Shown piece after piece: positions 10,101-19,976 of a DNA stretch of 39,145 bases. A model generated the notes under the pieces. That model saw only the letters and a program-made list of their open reading frames with translations, ran no database searches and was not told where the DNA came from. The stretch comes from Burkholderiaceae bacterium (GTDB lineage: Bacteria; Pseudomonadota; Gammaproteobacteria; Burkholderiales; Burkholderiaceae_B). The stretch spans positions 1-39,145 of the forward strand of contig DATGUI010000079.1 of NCBI GenBank assembly GCA_035301405.1, written 5' to 3'. Each line of letters starts with the position of its first letter. Within the stretch, counting starts at the first letter, position 1. Position numbers and translations under genes: made by a program.

Positions 10101-10661
10101 GCCCAGTCGGGCGATATCCAGGAAGTGGGCTTTACCATGTACGCCGACATGCTGAATGCGGCCGTGAAGGCGCTCAAGGCGGGTGAAGAGCCCGATCTGG
10201 ATTCCCCCTTCGACCTGCAGTGCGAAGTCAATCTGCACGAACCTGCCCTGCTGCCGGCCGACTACTGTCCGGACGTGCATGCCCGGCTGGGCCACTACAA
10301 GATGCTGGCCCACGCCACCACGGAAGACGACCTCATCCACGCCCGCGAGGAACTCATCGACCGCTACGGGCGCCTGCCCGAGGCCGCCGAAAACTTGCTC
10401 GCCACCCATCGGCTGCGGCTATTGGCCGAACCCATGGGCATACGCAAGATAGATGCCGGGCCCGAGGAAGCGCTGGTGCAGTTCAATCCGGATCCGGCCA
10501 TTGATGCCGTCAGGCTGATCGAACTGGTGCAGCAGCGGCGTGATGTCCGCCTTGCCGGGCCCGAAAAGATGAAGATTTCAATGAAGCCGGACATGAATGC
10601 CCGGCAACGTGCAGAAAAACTGCAGCAAGTGCTGAGGCTGCTTATTTCCAGTAGCCATTAG
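7191..10661 (+). CDS. mfd: Transcription-repair coupling factor Mfd
   Basis: 1156 aa from the ATG at 7191. Mfd hallmarks are present: LPDWETLPYDSFSPHEDLISERL, a CarD-like segment HAQHGIGRYLGL, and SF2 helicase motifs GDVGFGKTEVA, DEEHRFGV and QLHQLRGRVGRS. The track ORF starts at 7077 but that part overlaps ispD. An alternative start at 7239 (MVAALKPG) cannot be excluded. Confidence 0.93.
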   Translation: MVIETTPRPPLAAVQSMVAALKPGQRHIQPLPPGSGDAWLLTELAQTANQAIVVLCADPMAAQRVADETALLAPSLRVRRLPDWETLPYDSFSPHEDLISERLRTLHALAHDQVDILTVPVTTALYRLAPPSFLAAYTFSFRQGDRLDEQALREQLVLANYSHVTQVNAPGEFSIRGGLIDLFPMGSVLPYRIDLFDDEIESIRCFNVESQRSLYPVNDVQLLPGREFPMDEEARTRFRSRFREVFEGDPSRALPYRDIGNGIAFAGIEYYLPLFFDHTATLFDYLPDQAITVTLGDLSSTIDAFLTETRKRHDFLKGDAQRPVLSPSQLFLGSEELFTELKPFPRLVLDPAQTHPDFHTAPSVAVNRRADDPVAGLRKLLADNHQRVILCADSAGRRETLLDMLTGFDITPATAPQTLAEAIQADDLPFSLVVAPLTTGFGIAPEHLLLLTENDLYPSQARSVVRRRQARRHTDVEAMVRDLSELREGDPVVHAQHGIGRYLGLIEMDLGEGDMEFLHLEYAQGSTLYVPVAQLHAIARYSGNDPETAPLHQLGSGQWERARRKAARQVRDAAAELLALYAQRAARQGHRFKLSSNDYEAFAEGFGFEETPDQAQAIQAVLEDMTASRPMDRLVCGDVGFGKTEVALRAAFVAVMDGKQVAVLCPTTLLAEQHAQTFADRFADWPVNVVELSRFRSSKQVNAAVEGLADGSVDIVIGTHKILSRNVAFKRLGLVVIDEEHRFGVRQKEKLKALRAEVDILTLTATPIPRTLSMSLEGIRDLSIIATPPERRLAIKTFVRREDGSTIREGLLRELKRGGQAYFLHNEVETINNQRARLEELVPEARIAVAHGQMPERELEAVMKDFYQQRTNVLLCTTIIETGIDVPTANTIIINRADRLGLAQLHQLRGRVGRSHHQAYAYLLTPGEDAMTRNARKRLEAIQTMEELGSGFFLAMHDLEIRGTGEVLGEAQSGDIQEVGFTMYADMLNAAVKALKAGEEPDLDSPFDLQCEVNLHEPALLPADYCPDVHARLGHYKMLAHATTEDDLIHAREELIDRYGRLPEAAENLLATHRLRLLAEPMGIRKIDAGPEEALVQFNPDPAIDAVRLIELVQQRRDVRLAGPEKMKISMKPDMNARQRAEKLQQVLRLLISSSH

Positions 10662-10872
10662 CGGCGGCAATGGTCTGATAATTGATGGCGACCACCTGCG
10701 AGGACGCAATCAGCGCGTCGGCATCGTCCTCGTAGACGGCGCGCAGGCGATCCCGGACTTCAGCTGACTGCTGGGTGTACTTGACGCCCATGCGCGACAG
10801 CTTGATGGCCAGTTCAAAGCCTTGCTGAGGGGTATCGGTAATCAATGAGGTCAGCCAGATTTCTTCGGACAT
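10642..10872 (-). CDS. Small hypothetical protein (76 aa), family not recognised
   Basis: Third-position GC bias is like the neighbouring genes. An AAGGAA Shine-Dalgarno sits 6 nt upstream of the ATG (minus strand ...AAGAAGGAATGATTCATG). The predicted protein is helical and acidic. The 3' end overlaps the mfd 3' end by 20 nt. Confidence 0.6.
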   Translation of the reverse strand: MSEEIWLTSLITDTPQQGFELAIKLSRMGVKYTQQSAEVRDRLRAVYEDDADALIASSQVVAINYQTIAAANGYWK

Positions 10873-11065
10873 GAATCATTCCTTCTTGTTGGGGGATGTA
10901 ACCTGTCCAGCACCGAACCAACCGCCTGGAAGCCCGCTGTCCAGCCCTGAACCCTAGCCGCCATGATGCCACGAAGCGGCCCGGGAATGCCGAAAGCACA
11001 CGTTGGCCATCGGGTTATTGGGATTGGCTAAAATGGCGGATTCCCTTGTTACTCCCTGGCCGTTC

Positions 11066-11929
11066 ATGTCACATCTTATCCTGCAATCACCGGATCTTGT
11101 TTCCGCCAACATAGAAAAAATTGCCGCCCTGGTCGAAGCTGACGGGGTGCAGCACCTGGGCACCGCCGGCCCCACCACCGCCGTCCGGCTGCTGGGCGCC
11201 AACCCGGACGAACAACCGGCCGTGCACGCGCTGTGCGAGCAATGGCGCATGGACTACGCCTTTCTGGAGGACATCCAGCGCCTGCGCGACTGCCGCATTC
11301 TGGCCATGGACATGGACTCCACCCTGATCAGCATAGAATGCATTGACGAAATTGCCGACGCCGTGGGCCGCAAGGCCGAGGTGGCCGCCATTACGGAAGC
11401 CGCCATGCGGGGGGAAATCACCGACTTCACCGACAGCCTGCGTCGCCGGGTGGCTCTGCTTGAAGGCGTGCCCGAGTCGGCACTGGAATCCGTCTACACC
11501 GAGCGCCTGCAGCTCAACCCCGGCGCCGAAACGCTGGTGGCCGGCGCCCGGCGTCACGGGTTGACCACCCTGCTGGTGTCAGGCGGCTTCACCTTTTTTA
11601 CGGAAAGGCTGCGCAGCCGGCTGGAGCTGGATCATGTTCATGCCAACACGCTGGAAGTCGTCAATGGCAGGCTGACCGGGCAGGTGCTGGGGGATATTGT
11701 CGATGGGGCCGTCAAGGCACGCCATTTGCAGATGCTGGCCGAGTCACTGGACGCGGCGCCGGAGCAGATCATTGCGGTGGGGGATGGTGCCAATGACCTC
11801 CCCATGCTGGCCCATGCTTATTATTCGGTGGCCTACCGCGCCAAGCCAGTGGTCAGGGAACAGGCCCGGTTTGCGCTGAACGTCAGCCCGCTGGATGGTA
11901 TTCTGAACTGGTTCCGGCTGAGCTTTTAG
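11066..11929 (+). CDS. serB: Phosphoserine phosphatase SerB (HAD superfamily)
   Basis: 287 aa from the ATG at 11066. It has HAD motif I DMDSTLISIECIDEIA, the LLVSGGF motif and a GDGANDLPML motif. The track ORF begins at 11003, so the start is uncertain by 21 codons. Confidence 0.88.
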   Translation: MSHLILQSPDLVSANIEKIAALVEADGVQHLGTAGPTTAVRLLGANPDEQPAVHALCEQWRMDYAFLEDIQRLRDCRILAMDMDSTLISIECIDEIADAVGRKAEVAAITEAAMRGEITDFTDSLRRRVALLEGVPESALESVYTERLQLNPGAETLVAGARRHGLTTLLVSGGFTFFTERLRSRLELDHVHANTLEVVNGRLTGQVLGDIVDGAVKARHLQMLAESLDAAPEQIIAVGDGANDLPMLAHAYYSVAYRAKPVVREQARFALNVSPLDGILNWFRLSF

Positions 11930-12458
11930 GCCGGGTTACCGGACGACGGCGGCGCGGCTTGCGCAACAGGTAGCGCAGCACAAAACCCGGGTAGCCCAGC
12001 ACCACGTACAGGCTTGCCGTAATGGCATAGAACTCCCAGGTCTGATCAAAGCGGTTGCCCTGGTTCTGCTCCAGCGCCATGGCCAGCACGCCACACAGGC
12101 AGTACAGCACAAACACTTCCAGCAGACGCACCACAAAGGGCTTGGGCTCGGCCGGTTCGCCCATGCGCCATCCGGGCAGGGCAAGCAAGAGCGCACAGGC
12201 AGCCAGATACGCCACAACAAACCCGCCAAACGCTGCCGTGGACAGGGCATCGCCTATCTGTTCGTAGAAAAACCAGGCCGCCGCCACCAGCACGCCAACA
12301 TGCAGCAGGCTGGTCAGCCAGCGCAGCAGGTAATGGCGGTTGTCGTCAGCATCCTGCTTCCAGGGCAGCCACAGCAGGTGGCGCGACACGGCAAACGGCA
12401 TGTTGGCCGTGATCAGCGCCAGAATGATGATGAACCACACGGAGGTGGATTGTGTCAT
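11883..12458 (-). CDS. DUF2818-like integral membrane protein encoded immediately downstream of nuoN
   Basis: 191 aa, hydrophobic. Its ends (VWFIIILALITANMPF... and ...WEFYAITASLYVVLGYPGFVLRYLLRK) resemble the small membrane protein found after nuoN in Burkholderiales (from memory). It starts 9 nt after the nuoN stop. A basic tail overlaps the serB 3' end. Confidence 0.65.
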   Translation of the reverse strand: MTQSTSVWFIIILALITANMPFAVSRHLLWLPWKQDADDNRHYLLRWLTSLLHVGVLVAAAWFFYEQIGDALSTAAFGGFVVAYLAACALLLALPGWRMGEPAEPKPFVVRLLEVFVLYCLCGVLAMALEQNQGNRFDQTWEFYAITASLYVVLGYPGFVLRYLLRKPRRRRPVTRPKSSAGTSSEYHPAG

Positions 12459-12467
12459 AGGGTACCG

Positions 12468-13952
12468 TCAGAAAAACAGGGAAGACTCGATGACGTGCAC
12501 GCACAAGGCCATCAGCCCGCCGGGCAATACGCCCAGGCCAATGACCAGCAGGCCATTGATTGACATGACGCCATGGGCGGCCGGGCTGCGCTCGATGACC
12601 GGCACGCCGGCATCAGGCTCGTCAAAGTAGGCCACCTTGACCACACGCAGATAGTAGAAGGCCCCCACCAGCGACATCATCACGGCAAAGACCGCCAGCC
12701 ACACATGGCCGGCACCCACCAGCACCTGCAATACTGCCAGCTTGGCATAGAAGCCCACCATGGGCGGGATGCCTGTCAGCGAGAACATGGAGACCAGCAG
12801 CACGCCGGCCAGAATGGGATCGCGCCGGTTCAGCCCCTTGAGGTCGGCAATTTCTTCGCATTCGAAGCCCTTGCGGCTGATCAGCAGGATGAGGCCAAAG
12901 GTGGTCAGCGTGGTCAGCACGTAGCTGATCATGTAGAACAGCGATGCGCCATACGCCTTGGACACCACGCCCGGATGGCCTTCGACCACGCCGGACAGCA
13001 GGCCCAGGAAAACAAACCCCATGTGCGAAATGGTGGAGTAGGCCAGCATGCGCTTGAAGTTGGTCTGCGCAATGGCGGTGATGTTACCCACGGCCAGGGA
13101 CAGCACGGACAGAATGACCAGCATGGGCTGCCAGTCGAAGGCAATGCCGTGCAGGCCTTCTACCAGCAGACGCAGCACAATCACCAGGGCCGCGAACTTG
13201 GGCGCCGCCCCGATGATGAGGGTCACCGTGGTGGGGGCACCGTGATAGACGTCGGGCGTCCACATGTGGAACGGCGCAGCAGCCATCTTGAACGCCAGGC
13301 CGGCCACAATGAAGACCACACCAAACACCAGCGGCAGATGCGCGGCTTCACCCATCTTGATGGACCAGGCGATGCGCGCCAGATCCAGCTCGCCCGTGGC
13401 GCCGTAGATCATGGACATGCCGTACAGCAGCACCGCCGAGGCCAGCGCGCCCAGTACAAAGTACTTCATGGCAGCTTCAATGGCCACGCCATGCTCACGC
13501 CGGATGGCAATCAGTGCGTACAGGGAGAAGGACATCAGTTCCACACCCAGATACACCATCAGCATGCTGCCGGCAGAAATCATCACCATCTGGCCCAGCA
13601 GGGCAATCAGGGTGAGGGAGTAGAGTTCGCCGCCCCTTTCCGTCATCTCGCGGTCATCCGCATAGCGACGACCGTACACCAGCGTGGCAAAGACGGTGAT
13701 ATAGCAAAGCAGCTTGAGGAAGTGCGACAGCGGGTCCACCACATACAGCCCGTGGAACGTCACCCCGCTGAAACCGGCATTCCATTGCCACAACGTCACC
13801 ACCGTCAGGACGACCAGACTGTACAGGCTCAGGGAAAAGGTGAGCCGGCGACCGGCGGAGGGACAGAACGCATCAATCAACAACACGGCGCACGCCATCA
13901 GCAAAAGCAGAATCTCGGGCATCGCCAGCGCGAACTGAAAATAATTTTGCAT
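12468..13952 (-). CDS. nuoN: NADH-quinone oxidoreductase subunit N
   Basis: 494 aa polytopic antiporter-like subunit, last gene of the nuo cluster. N-terminus [17 protein letters not shown]. Confidence 0.95.
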   Translation of the reverse strand: MQNYFQFALAMPEILLLLMACAVLLIDAFCPSAGRRLTFSLSLYSLVVLTVVTLWQWNAGFSGVTFHGLYVVDPLSHFLKLLCYITVFATLVYGRRYADDREMTERGGELYSLTLIALLGQMVMISAGSMLMVYLGVELMSFSLYALIAIRREHGVAIEAAMKYFVLGALASAVLLYGMSMIYGATGELDLARIAWSIKMGEAAHLPLVFGVVFIVAGLAFKMAAAPFHMWTPDVYHGAPTTVTLIIGAAPKFAALVIVLRLLVEGLHGIAFDWQPMLVILSVLSLAVGNITAIAQTNFKRMLAYSTISHMGFVFLGLLSGVVEGHPGVVSKAYGASLFYMISYVLTTLTTFGLILLISRKGFECEEIADLKGLNRRDPILAGVLLVSMFSLTGIPPMVGFYAKLAVLQVLVGAGHVWLAVFAVMMSLVGAFYYLRVVKVAYFDEPDAGVPVIERSPAAHGVMSINGLLVIGLGVLPGGLMALCVHVIESSLFF

Positions 13953-13964
13953 GATAGTTTCGGC

Positions 13965-15464
13965 CTACAGTTTCGAGATGGAGACGTGTTGCAGCAAGGC
14001 ATCCACCGACGCATGCATGACATCTGTAAACGGCTTGGGATAGAGCCCCATGAACAGCACCATGATGGCCATGACGCCAAGAATGAAAAACTCGCGGCTG
14101 GAGAGATCAGGCATGGCCCGGACCTGGTCGTTGGCAATATCGCCAAACGCGATGCGCTTGAACATCCACAGCGAATAGGATGCCGCCAGGATGAGTGAGG
14201 TGGCAGCCAGCAACCCTACCCAGAAATTATGTTTGACTGCCCCCAGGATGACAGAAAACTCGCCCACAAAGCCACTCGTTGCCGGCAGGCCGCTGTTGGC
14301 CATGGAGAACAGCAGGAACAGGGTCACGAAACGAGGCATGACATTGATCACCCCGCCGTAATCGGCAATTTGCCGGGTGTGCATGCGATCGTACAGCACG
14401 CCTATGCACAGGAACATGGCCCCGGACACGAAACCGTGGGAGATCATCTGCACGATGGCGCCTTCCAGGCCCGCCGTGTTGAACACGAAAAAGCCCAGCG
14501 TGACAAAGCCCATGTGCGCCACCGATGAATAGGCCACCAGTTTCTTCATGTCGTCCTGGACGATGGCCACCAGACCGATATAGATGACGGCAATCAGTGA
14601 CAATGCAATCATGAAACCGGACAGCGCATGCGAGGCATCGGGCAGAATGGGCAGCGAGAACCGCACAAACCCGTAAGCCCCCAGCTTGAGCATGATGGCC
14701 GCCAGCACCACCGAACCGCCGGTGGGTGCTTCGACGTGGGCGTCGGGCAACCAGGTATGCACAGGCCACATGGGTACCTTGACGGCAAAGGCGGCAAACA
14801 ACGCAATGAACAGCAGAATCTGCGGCGTATACGCAATGGGCGTCTGATGCCAGGTCAGGACATCGAAGGAACCGTCAGCCGCGTGCCACAGGTAGATGAA
14901 GGCAATCAGCGTGAGCAGTGAGCCCAACAGCGTATAGAGAAAGAACTTGAAGGCCGCATACACTCGCCGTGGCCCGCCCCACACCCCGATAATCAGGTAC
15001 ATGGGAATCAGCGTGGCCTCGAAGAAAATGTAGAACAGCATGCCGTCGATGGCGGCAAACACGCCTATCATCAGCCCCGACAGAATCAGGAAGGCCGCCA
15101 TGTATTGCGAGATGCGGCTGGTAATGACTTCCCAGCCGGCCAGCACCACAATCACCGTGATGAAGGCGGTGAGCAAGATGAACCACAACGAGATGCCGTC
15201 AATGCCCAGGTGATAGTTGACCGCAAAGGTTTCTATCCACGGGGTTTTTTCGACAAACTGCATCTCGGCCGTGTCGGCCTTGAAACCGGTGTAGAGCGGA
15301 ATGGTGACGAGCAGACCCAGCACCGAGCCAACCAGCGACAAGACACGGGTGGGACCGGGATGGTCGTCACGTCCTACCAGCAGCACTGCCAGGCCGGCCA
15401 CAATGGGCACAAAAATTGCGAGCGTTAGCCAGGGAAAAGTTGAAGACGCCATATCGCCAGCCAT
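13965..15464 (-). CDS. nuoM: NADH-quinone oxidoreductase subunit M
   Basis: 499 aa antiporter-like subunit (WLPDAHVEAPTGGSVVLAA motif). Its ATG overlaps the nuoL stop (TAATG). An alternative ATG lies at 15452. Confidence 0.95.
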   Translation of the reverse strand: MAGDMASSTFPWLTLAIFVPIVAGLAVLLVGRDDHPGPTRVLSLVGSVLGLLVTIPLYTGFKADTAEMQFVEKTPWIETFAVNYHLGIDGISLWFILLTAFITVIVVLAGWEVITSRISQYMAAFLILSGLMIGVFAAIDGMLFYIFFEATLIPMYLIIGVWGGPRRVYAAFKFFLYTLLGSLLTLIAFIYLWHAADGSFDVLTWHQTPIAYTPQILLFIALFAAFAVKVPMWPVHTWLPDAHVEAPTGGSVVLAAIMLKLGAYGFVRFSLPILPDASHALSGFMIALSLIAVIYIGLVAIVQDDMKKLVAYSSVAHMGFVTLGFFVFNTAGLEGAIVQMISHGFVSGAMFLCIGVLYDRMHTRQIADYGGVINVMPRFVTLFLLFSMANSGLPATSGFVGEFSVILGAVKHNFWVGLLAATSLILAASYSLWMFKRIAFGDIANDQVRAMPDLSSREFFILGVMAIMVLFMGLYPKPFTDVMHASVDALLQHVSISKL

Positions 15465-17422
15465 TACAGAACCGTCAGTACGAAAAAGGTTAAGAAAACA
15501 ATCATCCCGAGGATCATTGCCAGGGCGTAATGATAGATGTAGCCGGACTGCAGGTGACGGCTCAGTGCGGCCACCATGCCAACCACCCGGGCGCTGCCAT
15601 TGACGATGAGGCCGTCAATGATGCCGCGATCACCGGCTTGCCAGAAGCCGCGGCCCAGCGCCCTGCCGAACCGCGCAATGACTTCCTCATTGAACCAGTC
15701 GGCATAGTATTTGTTATCCAGAACGCGGCGCACAATGCCCAGCCTGGCGTAAATGGCCGGCGGCCACTCGGGCTTGATGACGTAGCCCACGAGGGCCACC
15801 AGAAAGCCCGCCACCACCAGCCAGAATGGCAGGGTGACGAAGCCGTGCAGCGCATACCCCAGGGCCCCCGACCACTGACTGGCCAGCTGCGCCATGGCGG
15901 GGTGCTCGGGCAGGACGGCAATGACGCCCTCGAAAAAGTCGCCAAACAGCACCGGCGTGACGTAGCAGGCGCCGGCAATGACGGACGGAATGGCCAGCAG
16001 CACCAGCGGCACCGTGACCACCTTGGGCGATTCTTTGGGGGCTTGCGAGGCATCAAAGCGCGGCTTGCCATGGAAGACCAGGAAATACACGCGGAAGGAA
16101 TACAGCGAGGTCACGAACACGCCGATCAGCGTGGCATACCAGGCAAAGTTGGCACCCCACACATTGGCCAGGCCGGCCGCTTCGATGATGTGCTCCTTGG
16201 AGTAGTAGCCCGCAAAAAACGGCGTACCCACCAGGGCCAGCGTGCCCAGCAGGAACGTGATCCAGGTCACGGGCATGTATCTGCCCAGCCCGCCCATGTT
16301 GCGGATGTCCTGATCATGATGCATGCCGATGATGACGGAACCGGCCCCCAGGAACAGCAGCGCCTTGAAGAAAGCGTGCGTCATGAGGTGGAAGATGGCG
16401 GCGGAATAGGCTGATGCCCCCAGGGCGACAGTCATGTAGCCCAGTTGCGACAGCGTGGAATACGCCACCACCCGCTTGATGTCGTTCTGGACAATGCCCA
16501 GAATGCCCAGAAACAGCGCGCCAATGGCACCAATCACAATCATGAGCGACAGCGCCGTGGCCGAGTGTTCATAGACGGGCGAGAACCGCGCCACCATGAA
16601 AATACCGGCGGTCACCATGGTGGCCGCGTGGATCAGGGCCGAAATGGGCGTGGGGCCTTCCATGGAGTCCGGCAACCACGTATGCAGGGGCACCTGGGCC
16701 GACTTGCCCATGGCACCCACAAACAGGCTGATGCAGGCAACGGTAAGCAGTTGCCAGTCTGTACCCGGGAACTGCTTGCTGGCCAGCTCATCAGCCTGGC
16801 CGAAGACGTCCACGTAATCCAGGCTGCCGGTGTAGGCAAACAGCAGCCCAATGCCCAGGATGAAACCGAAGTCCCCTACCCGGTTGACCAGAAACGCCTT
16901 GAGGTTGGCAAACACTGCCGTGGGTCGCGTGTACCAGAAGCCGATGAGCAGGTAGGACACCAGCCCTACGGCCTCCCAGCCAAAAAACAGCTGCATCATG
17001 TTGTTGGCCATGACCAGCATCAGCATGGAGAAGGTAAACAGCGAGATATACGAGAAAAACCGCTGATAACCTGGATCGTCTGCCATGTAGCCAATAGTGT
17101 AGACATGCACCATCAGCGACACGCTGGTCACCACCACCATCATGAGCGCCGTCAGCGAGTCGATGAGGAAGCCGACCTGCACCGTGACGCTGCCTATCAT
17201 GTTCCAGGTATAGACCGTGCCATTGAAGGTATGGCCGCCGGCCACCTGAAACAACACGATGACCGAGCCCACAAAGGACAGGGCCACCCCGGCAATGGTG
17301 ATCAGATGCGATGCGCGCCGGCTGACAGAGCGCCCGAGAAAGCCGGTACCGAACAAACCGGCCACCAGCGCACCCACCAGAGGGGCAAGTGCGATCCAGA
17401 GATAAAAGCTTGGTGAATTCAT
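15464..17422 (-). CDS. nuoL: NADH-quinone oxidoreductase subunit L
   Basis: 652 aa, the largest antiporter-like subunit (WLPDSMEGPTPISALIHAATMVTAG), with a C-terminal lateral-helix region. Confidence 0.95.
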   Translation of the reverse strand: MNSPSFYLWIALAPLVGALVAGLFGTGFLGRSVSRRASHLITIAGVALSFVGSVIVLFQVAGGHTFNGTVYTWNMIGSVTVQVGFLIDSLTALMMVVVTSVSLMVHVYTIGYMADDPGYQRFFSYISLFTFSMLMLVMANNMMQLFFGWEAVGLVSYLLIGFWYTRPTAVFANLKAFLVNRVGDFGFILGIGLLFAYTGSLDYVDVFGQADELASKQFPGTDWQLLTVACISLFVGAMGKSAQVPLHTWLPDSMEGPTPISALIHAATMVTAGIFMVARFSPVYEHSATALSLMIVIGAIGALFLGILGIVQNDIKRVVAYSTLSQLGYMTVALGASAYSAAIFHLMTHAFFKALLFLGAGSVIIGMHHDQDIRNMGGLGRYMPVTWITFLLGTLALVGTPFFAGYYSKEHIIEAAGLANVWGANFAWYATLIGVFVTSLYSFRVYFLVFHGKPRFDASQAPKESPKVVTVPLVLLAIPSVIAGACYVTPVLFGDFFEGVIAVLPEHPAMAQLASQWSGALGYALHGFVTLPFWLVVAGFLVALVGYVIKPEWPPAIYARLGIVRRVLDNKYYADWFNEEVIARFGRALGRGFWQAGDRGIIDGLIVNGSARVVGMVAALSRHLQSGYIYHYALAMILGMIVFLTFFVLTVL

Positions 17423-17438
17423 AATGTGAGCAGCCCTG

Positions 17439-17747
17439 TCAACCTTTTAATTGATCAAGCTTGTCGGTGGCGATGTTGTTGCGCTTGCGGAACAGCAGCA
17501 CCAGTATGGCCAGACCGATGGCGGCCTCGGCTGCCGCAACCGTCAGGACAAAGAACACAAAGACCTGGCCGTCGGTATTGCCGAACCACGAGGAAAACGC
17601 CACGAAGTTGAAGTTGGCTGCCAGCAGCATGAGTTCGACGGACATCAGCAGGACGATGAGATTGTCGCGATTGAGAAAGAAGCCAAACAAGCCAATGGTG
17701 AACAGGATGGCGCCCAGAATCAGATGGTGGGCCAAAGTGATGTCCAT
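17439..17747 (-). CDS. nuoK: NADH-quinone oxidoreductase subunit K
   Basis: 102 aa, three TM helices. The sequence [20 protein letters not shown] is typical of NuoK. Confidence 0.95.
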   Translation of the reverse strand: MDITLAHHLILGAILFTIGLFGFFLNRDNLIVLLMSVELMLLAANFNFVAFSSWFGNTDGQVFVFFVLTVAAAEAAIGLAILVLLFRKRNNIATDKLDQLKG

Positions 17748-18379
17748 CAGCCTTCCTCCTGTTTGTTGTTGTCTGAAGAGGTGGGCCGCTCGGACTGGGA
17801 TTCCAGCGTGACCAGACGAACCCGGTCAGCCGCCCGCACCCGCACCTGCTGACCCGATTGTGTGTACTTGACGTCGTCGCGCTTGCGCAGGGTCAGGGCA
17901 ATGGCGGCAATCATGCCCACCAGCAGCACCACCCCGCCCACCTCGACCGCAAACGAGTACTGCTGGTACATGGCAATGCCCAGCTCCCGCGTGTTGTTGT
18001 AGCCCTCGGGCCAGGCGGAACCGCGGGGCGCATCAAACCAGCTGCGTGCCAGCACAAAGGCCATTTCGAGTACCATGACCAGGCCAATGATGAGACCAAG
18101 CGGCATGTGGGCACGGAAGGTCTTGCCAACGGGGTGGTCACGCATGTCAAGCATCATGATCACAAAAAGGAACATGACCATGACGGCCCCCACATACACC
18201 AGAATCAGCAGCAAGGCGAGAAACTCGGCTTCCTGGAGCATCCACAACATGGACGCAGTGAAGAAGGTGAGGATGAGATGCAGGACGGCCGTGACGGGGC
18301 TGCGCGCGGTAATGACCCGGCATGCCGCCACTACAATCACCAGTGACAGCAGATAGAACAGAAAGGCAGTGAAACTCAT
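17747..18379 (-). CDS. nuoJ: NADH-quinone oxidoreductase subunit J
   Basis: 210 aa. The conserved segment is [27 protein letters not shown]. There is a 1-nt overlap with the nuoK start. Confidence 0.95.
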   Translation of the reverse strand: MSFTAFLFYLLSLVIVVAACRVITARSPVTAVLHLILTFFTASMLWMLQEAEFLALLLILVYVGAVMVMFLFVIMMLDMRDHPVGKTFRAHMPLGLIIGLVMVLEMAFVLARSWFDAPRGSAWPEGYNNTRELGIAMYQQYSFAVEVGGVVLLVGMIAAIALTLRKRDDVKYTQSGQQVRVRAADRVRLVTLESQSERPTSSDNNKQEEG

Positions 18380-18397
18380 GTCTGTGGCAACCCCTGA

Positions 18398-18886
18398 TCA
18401 GCGGAACGGTGCGTCGGCGGCACGGTGACGGGCAATTTCGGGCTCGTACTGATCCCCGATCGCCAGCAGCATGTCTTTGGTGTAGTAGAGATCGCCGCGC
18501 TTTTCACCGTGATAATCCTGGATATGGGTCTCAACAATAGAGTCCGTGGGACAGCTTTCTTCACAGAATCCGCAGAAAATGCACTTGGCCAGATCGATGT
18601 CGTAGCGCGTGGTGCGGCGGGTACCGTCCTCGCGCTCTTCGGACTCGATGGTAATGGCCAGCGCGGGGCAGATGGCTTCGCAAAGCTTGCAGGCAATGCA
18701 GCGTTCTTCGCCATTGGGATAGCGCCGCAAGGCGTGCAGGCCCCGAAACCGTGGTGAGGTGGGCGTGCTTTCTTCCGGATAGCGCAAGGTGACCTTGCGC
18801 TTGAAGAAGTACCTGCCAGTCAGGCGCATGCCCTTGAGCATCTCAGACAGCATGAGGCTGCCAAAAAAATCCTTGATTGCTTCCAT
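18398..18886 (-). CDS. nuoI: NADH-quinone oxidoreductase subunit I (2x[4Fe-4S] ferredoxin-type)
   Basis: 162 aa with two CxxCxxCxxxCP motifs ([12 protein letters not shown] and [12 protein letters not shown]). Confidence 0.96.
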   Translation of the reverse strand: MEAIKDFFGSLMLSEMLKGMRLTGRYFFKRKVTLRYPEESTPTSPRFRGLHALRRYPNGEERCIACKLCEAICPALAITIESEEREDGTRRTTRYDIDLAKCIFCGFCEESCPTDSIVETHIQDYHGEKRGDLYYTKDMLLAIGDQYEPEIARHRAADAPFR

Positions 18887-18901
18887 AATTGCACCTGTAC
18901 C

Positions 18902-19975
18902 TTAGTTCCAGATGTTCCAGGGGGTCTGCATCCAGATCGCCACGACGATCAGCCATACCCCGGTAAGCGGTATGAAGACCTTCCACCCCAGACGCATGAT
19001 CTGGTCGTAGCGGTAACGCGGGAATGTGGCGCGGAACCAGACGAACATCGAGATCACGACAAATGTTTTGAGACCCAGCCACAGCCACCCGGGAATCCAG
19101 GTGAAGGGAGCGAAGTCCAGGGGCGACATCCAGCCACCCAGGAACATGACCGCAGCCAGGGCCGAGAGCAGGATCATGTTGGCGTATTCCGCCAGGAAGA
19201 ACAGCGCAAAGCCCATGCCGGAGTATTCCACCATGTGACCGGCCACGATTTCGGATTCGCCCTCGACCACGTCAAACGGGTGACGGTTGGTTTCGGCCAC
19301 GGACGAGATCACGTAAATGACAAACAGCGGCAGGAGGGGCAGCCAGTTCCAGGACAGGAAGGTCAGCCCCTTGTCGGCAAACATGCCCTGCCCCTGGGCC
19401 AGCACGATGCCGTTCATGTTGAGCGTACCGGACACCAGCAGGACGGTAATCATGACAAAGCCGATCGCCAGCTCGTAGGAAAGCATTTGCGCGGCGGCGC
19501 GCAGTGCCCCCAGCAATGCATACTTGGAGTTGGTTGCCCACCCGGCCACGATGACGCCGTAGATCTCGATGGAGGTGATGGCCAGCAGGAACAGCAGGCC
19601 CGCATTGATATTGGCCAGCACGACCTCGGGACCAAAGGGCATGACTGCCCAGGCCGCCAGTGCCGGCATCAGCGTGACAATGGGCGCCAGAATATACAGC
19701 AGCCGGTTGGCCTCGGCCGGGATGATGACCTCTTTGGTCAGCAGCTTGAAAACGTCGGCAAAAGGCTGCAGCAGGCCATAAGGCCCTACGCGGGTGGGGC
19801 CCAGACGCACGTGCATGGCGCCAATCATCTTGCGTTCCCAGTAGGTCATGTAGGCAACGCACAGGATGATGGGGACGGCAATGCACAGGATTTTAATCGT
19901 GGTCCAGACAACCAGCCACAGTGTGGGGCCAAGCAGACCAGCGCCAAATTCGTTGATGGCGTTGATGATTTCCAT
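18902..19975 (-). CDS. nuoH: NADH-quinone oxidoreductase subunit H
   Basis: 357 aa from the ATG at 19975 ([11 protein letters not shown]...), which lies 1 nt after the nuoG stop. The track ORF start at 20002 would overlap nuoG. Conserved motifs are [19 protein letters not shown] and AETNRHPFD. Confidence 0.94.
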   Translation of the reverse strand: MEIINAINEFGAGLLGPTLWLVVWTTIKILCIAVPIILCVAYMTYWERKMIGAMHVRLGPTRVGPYGLLQPFADVFKLLTKEVIIPAEANRLLYILAPIVTLMPALAAWAVMPFGPEVVLANINAGLLFLLAITSIEIYGVIVAGWATNSKYALLGALRAAAQMLSYELAIGFVMITVLLVSGTLNMNGIVLAQGQGMFADKGLTFLSWNWLPLLPLFVIYVISSVAETNRHPFDVVEGESEIVAGHMVEYSGMGFALFFLAEYANMILLSALAAVMFLGGWMSPLDFAPFTWIPGWLWLGLKTFVVISMFVWFRATFPRYRYDQIMRLGWKVFIPLTGVWLIVVAIWMQTPWNIWN

Positions 19976-19976
19976 G

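Noticed and set aside
12573-14198. 541-aa plus-strand ORF, plus similar long ORFs at 20160-22346 (+, 728 aa), 6612-8129 (-, 505 aa), 8577-9908 (-, 443 aa), 15530-16414 (+), 16445-17416 (+), 22953-24020 (+), 1092-1952 (-) and 4833-5753 (-)
   Set aside because: All lie antisense to strongly supported genes (nuoN/M, nuoG, mfd, nuoL, nuoF, envZ, SBP). Their products are Gly/His/Arg/Gln/Ala-rich with no recognisable motifs. They are typical shadow ORFs of GC-rich DNA where stop codons are rare.
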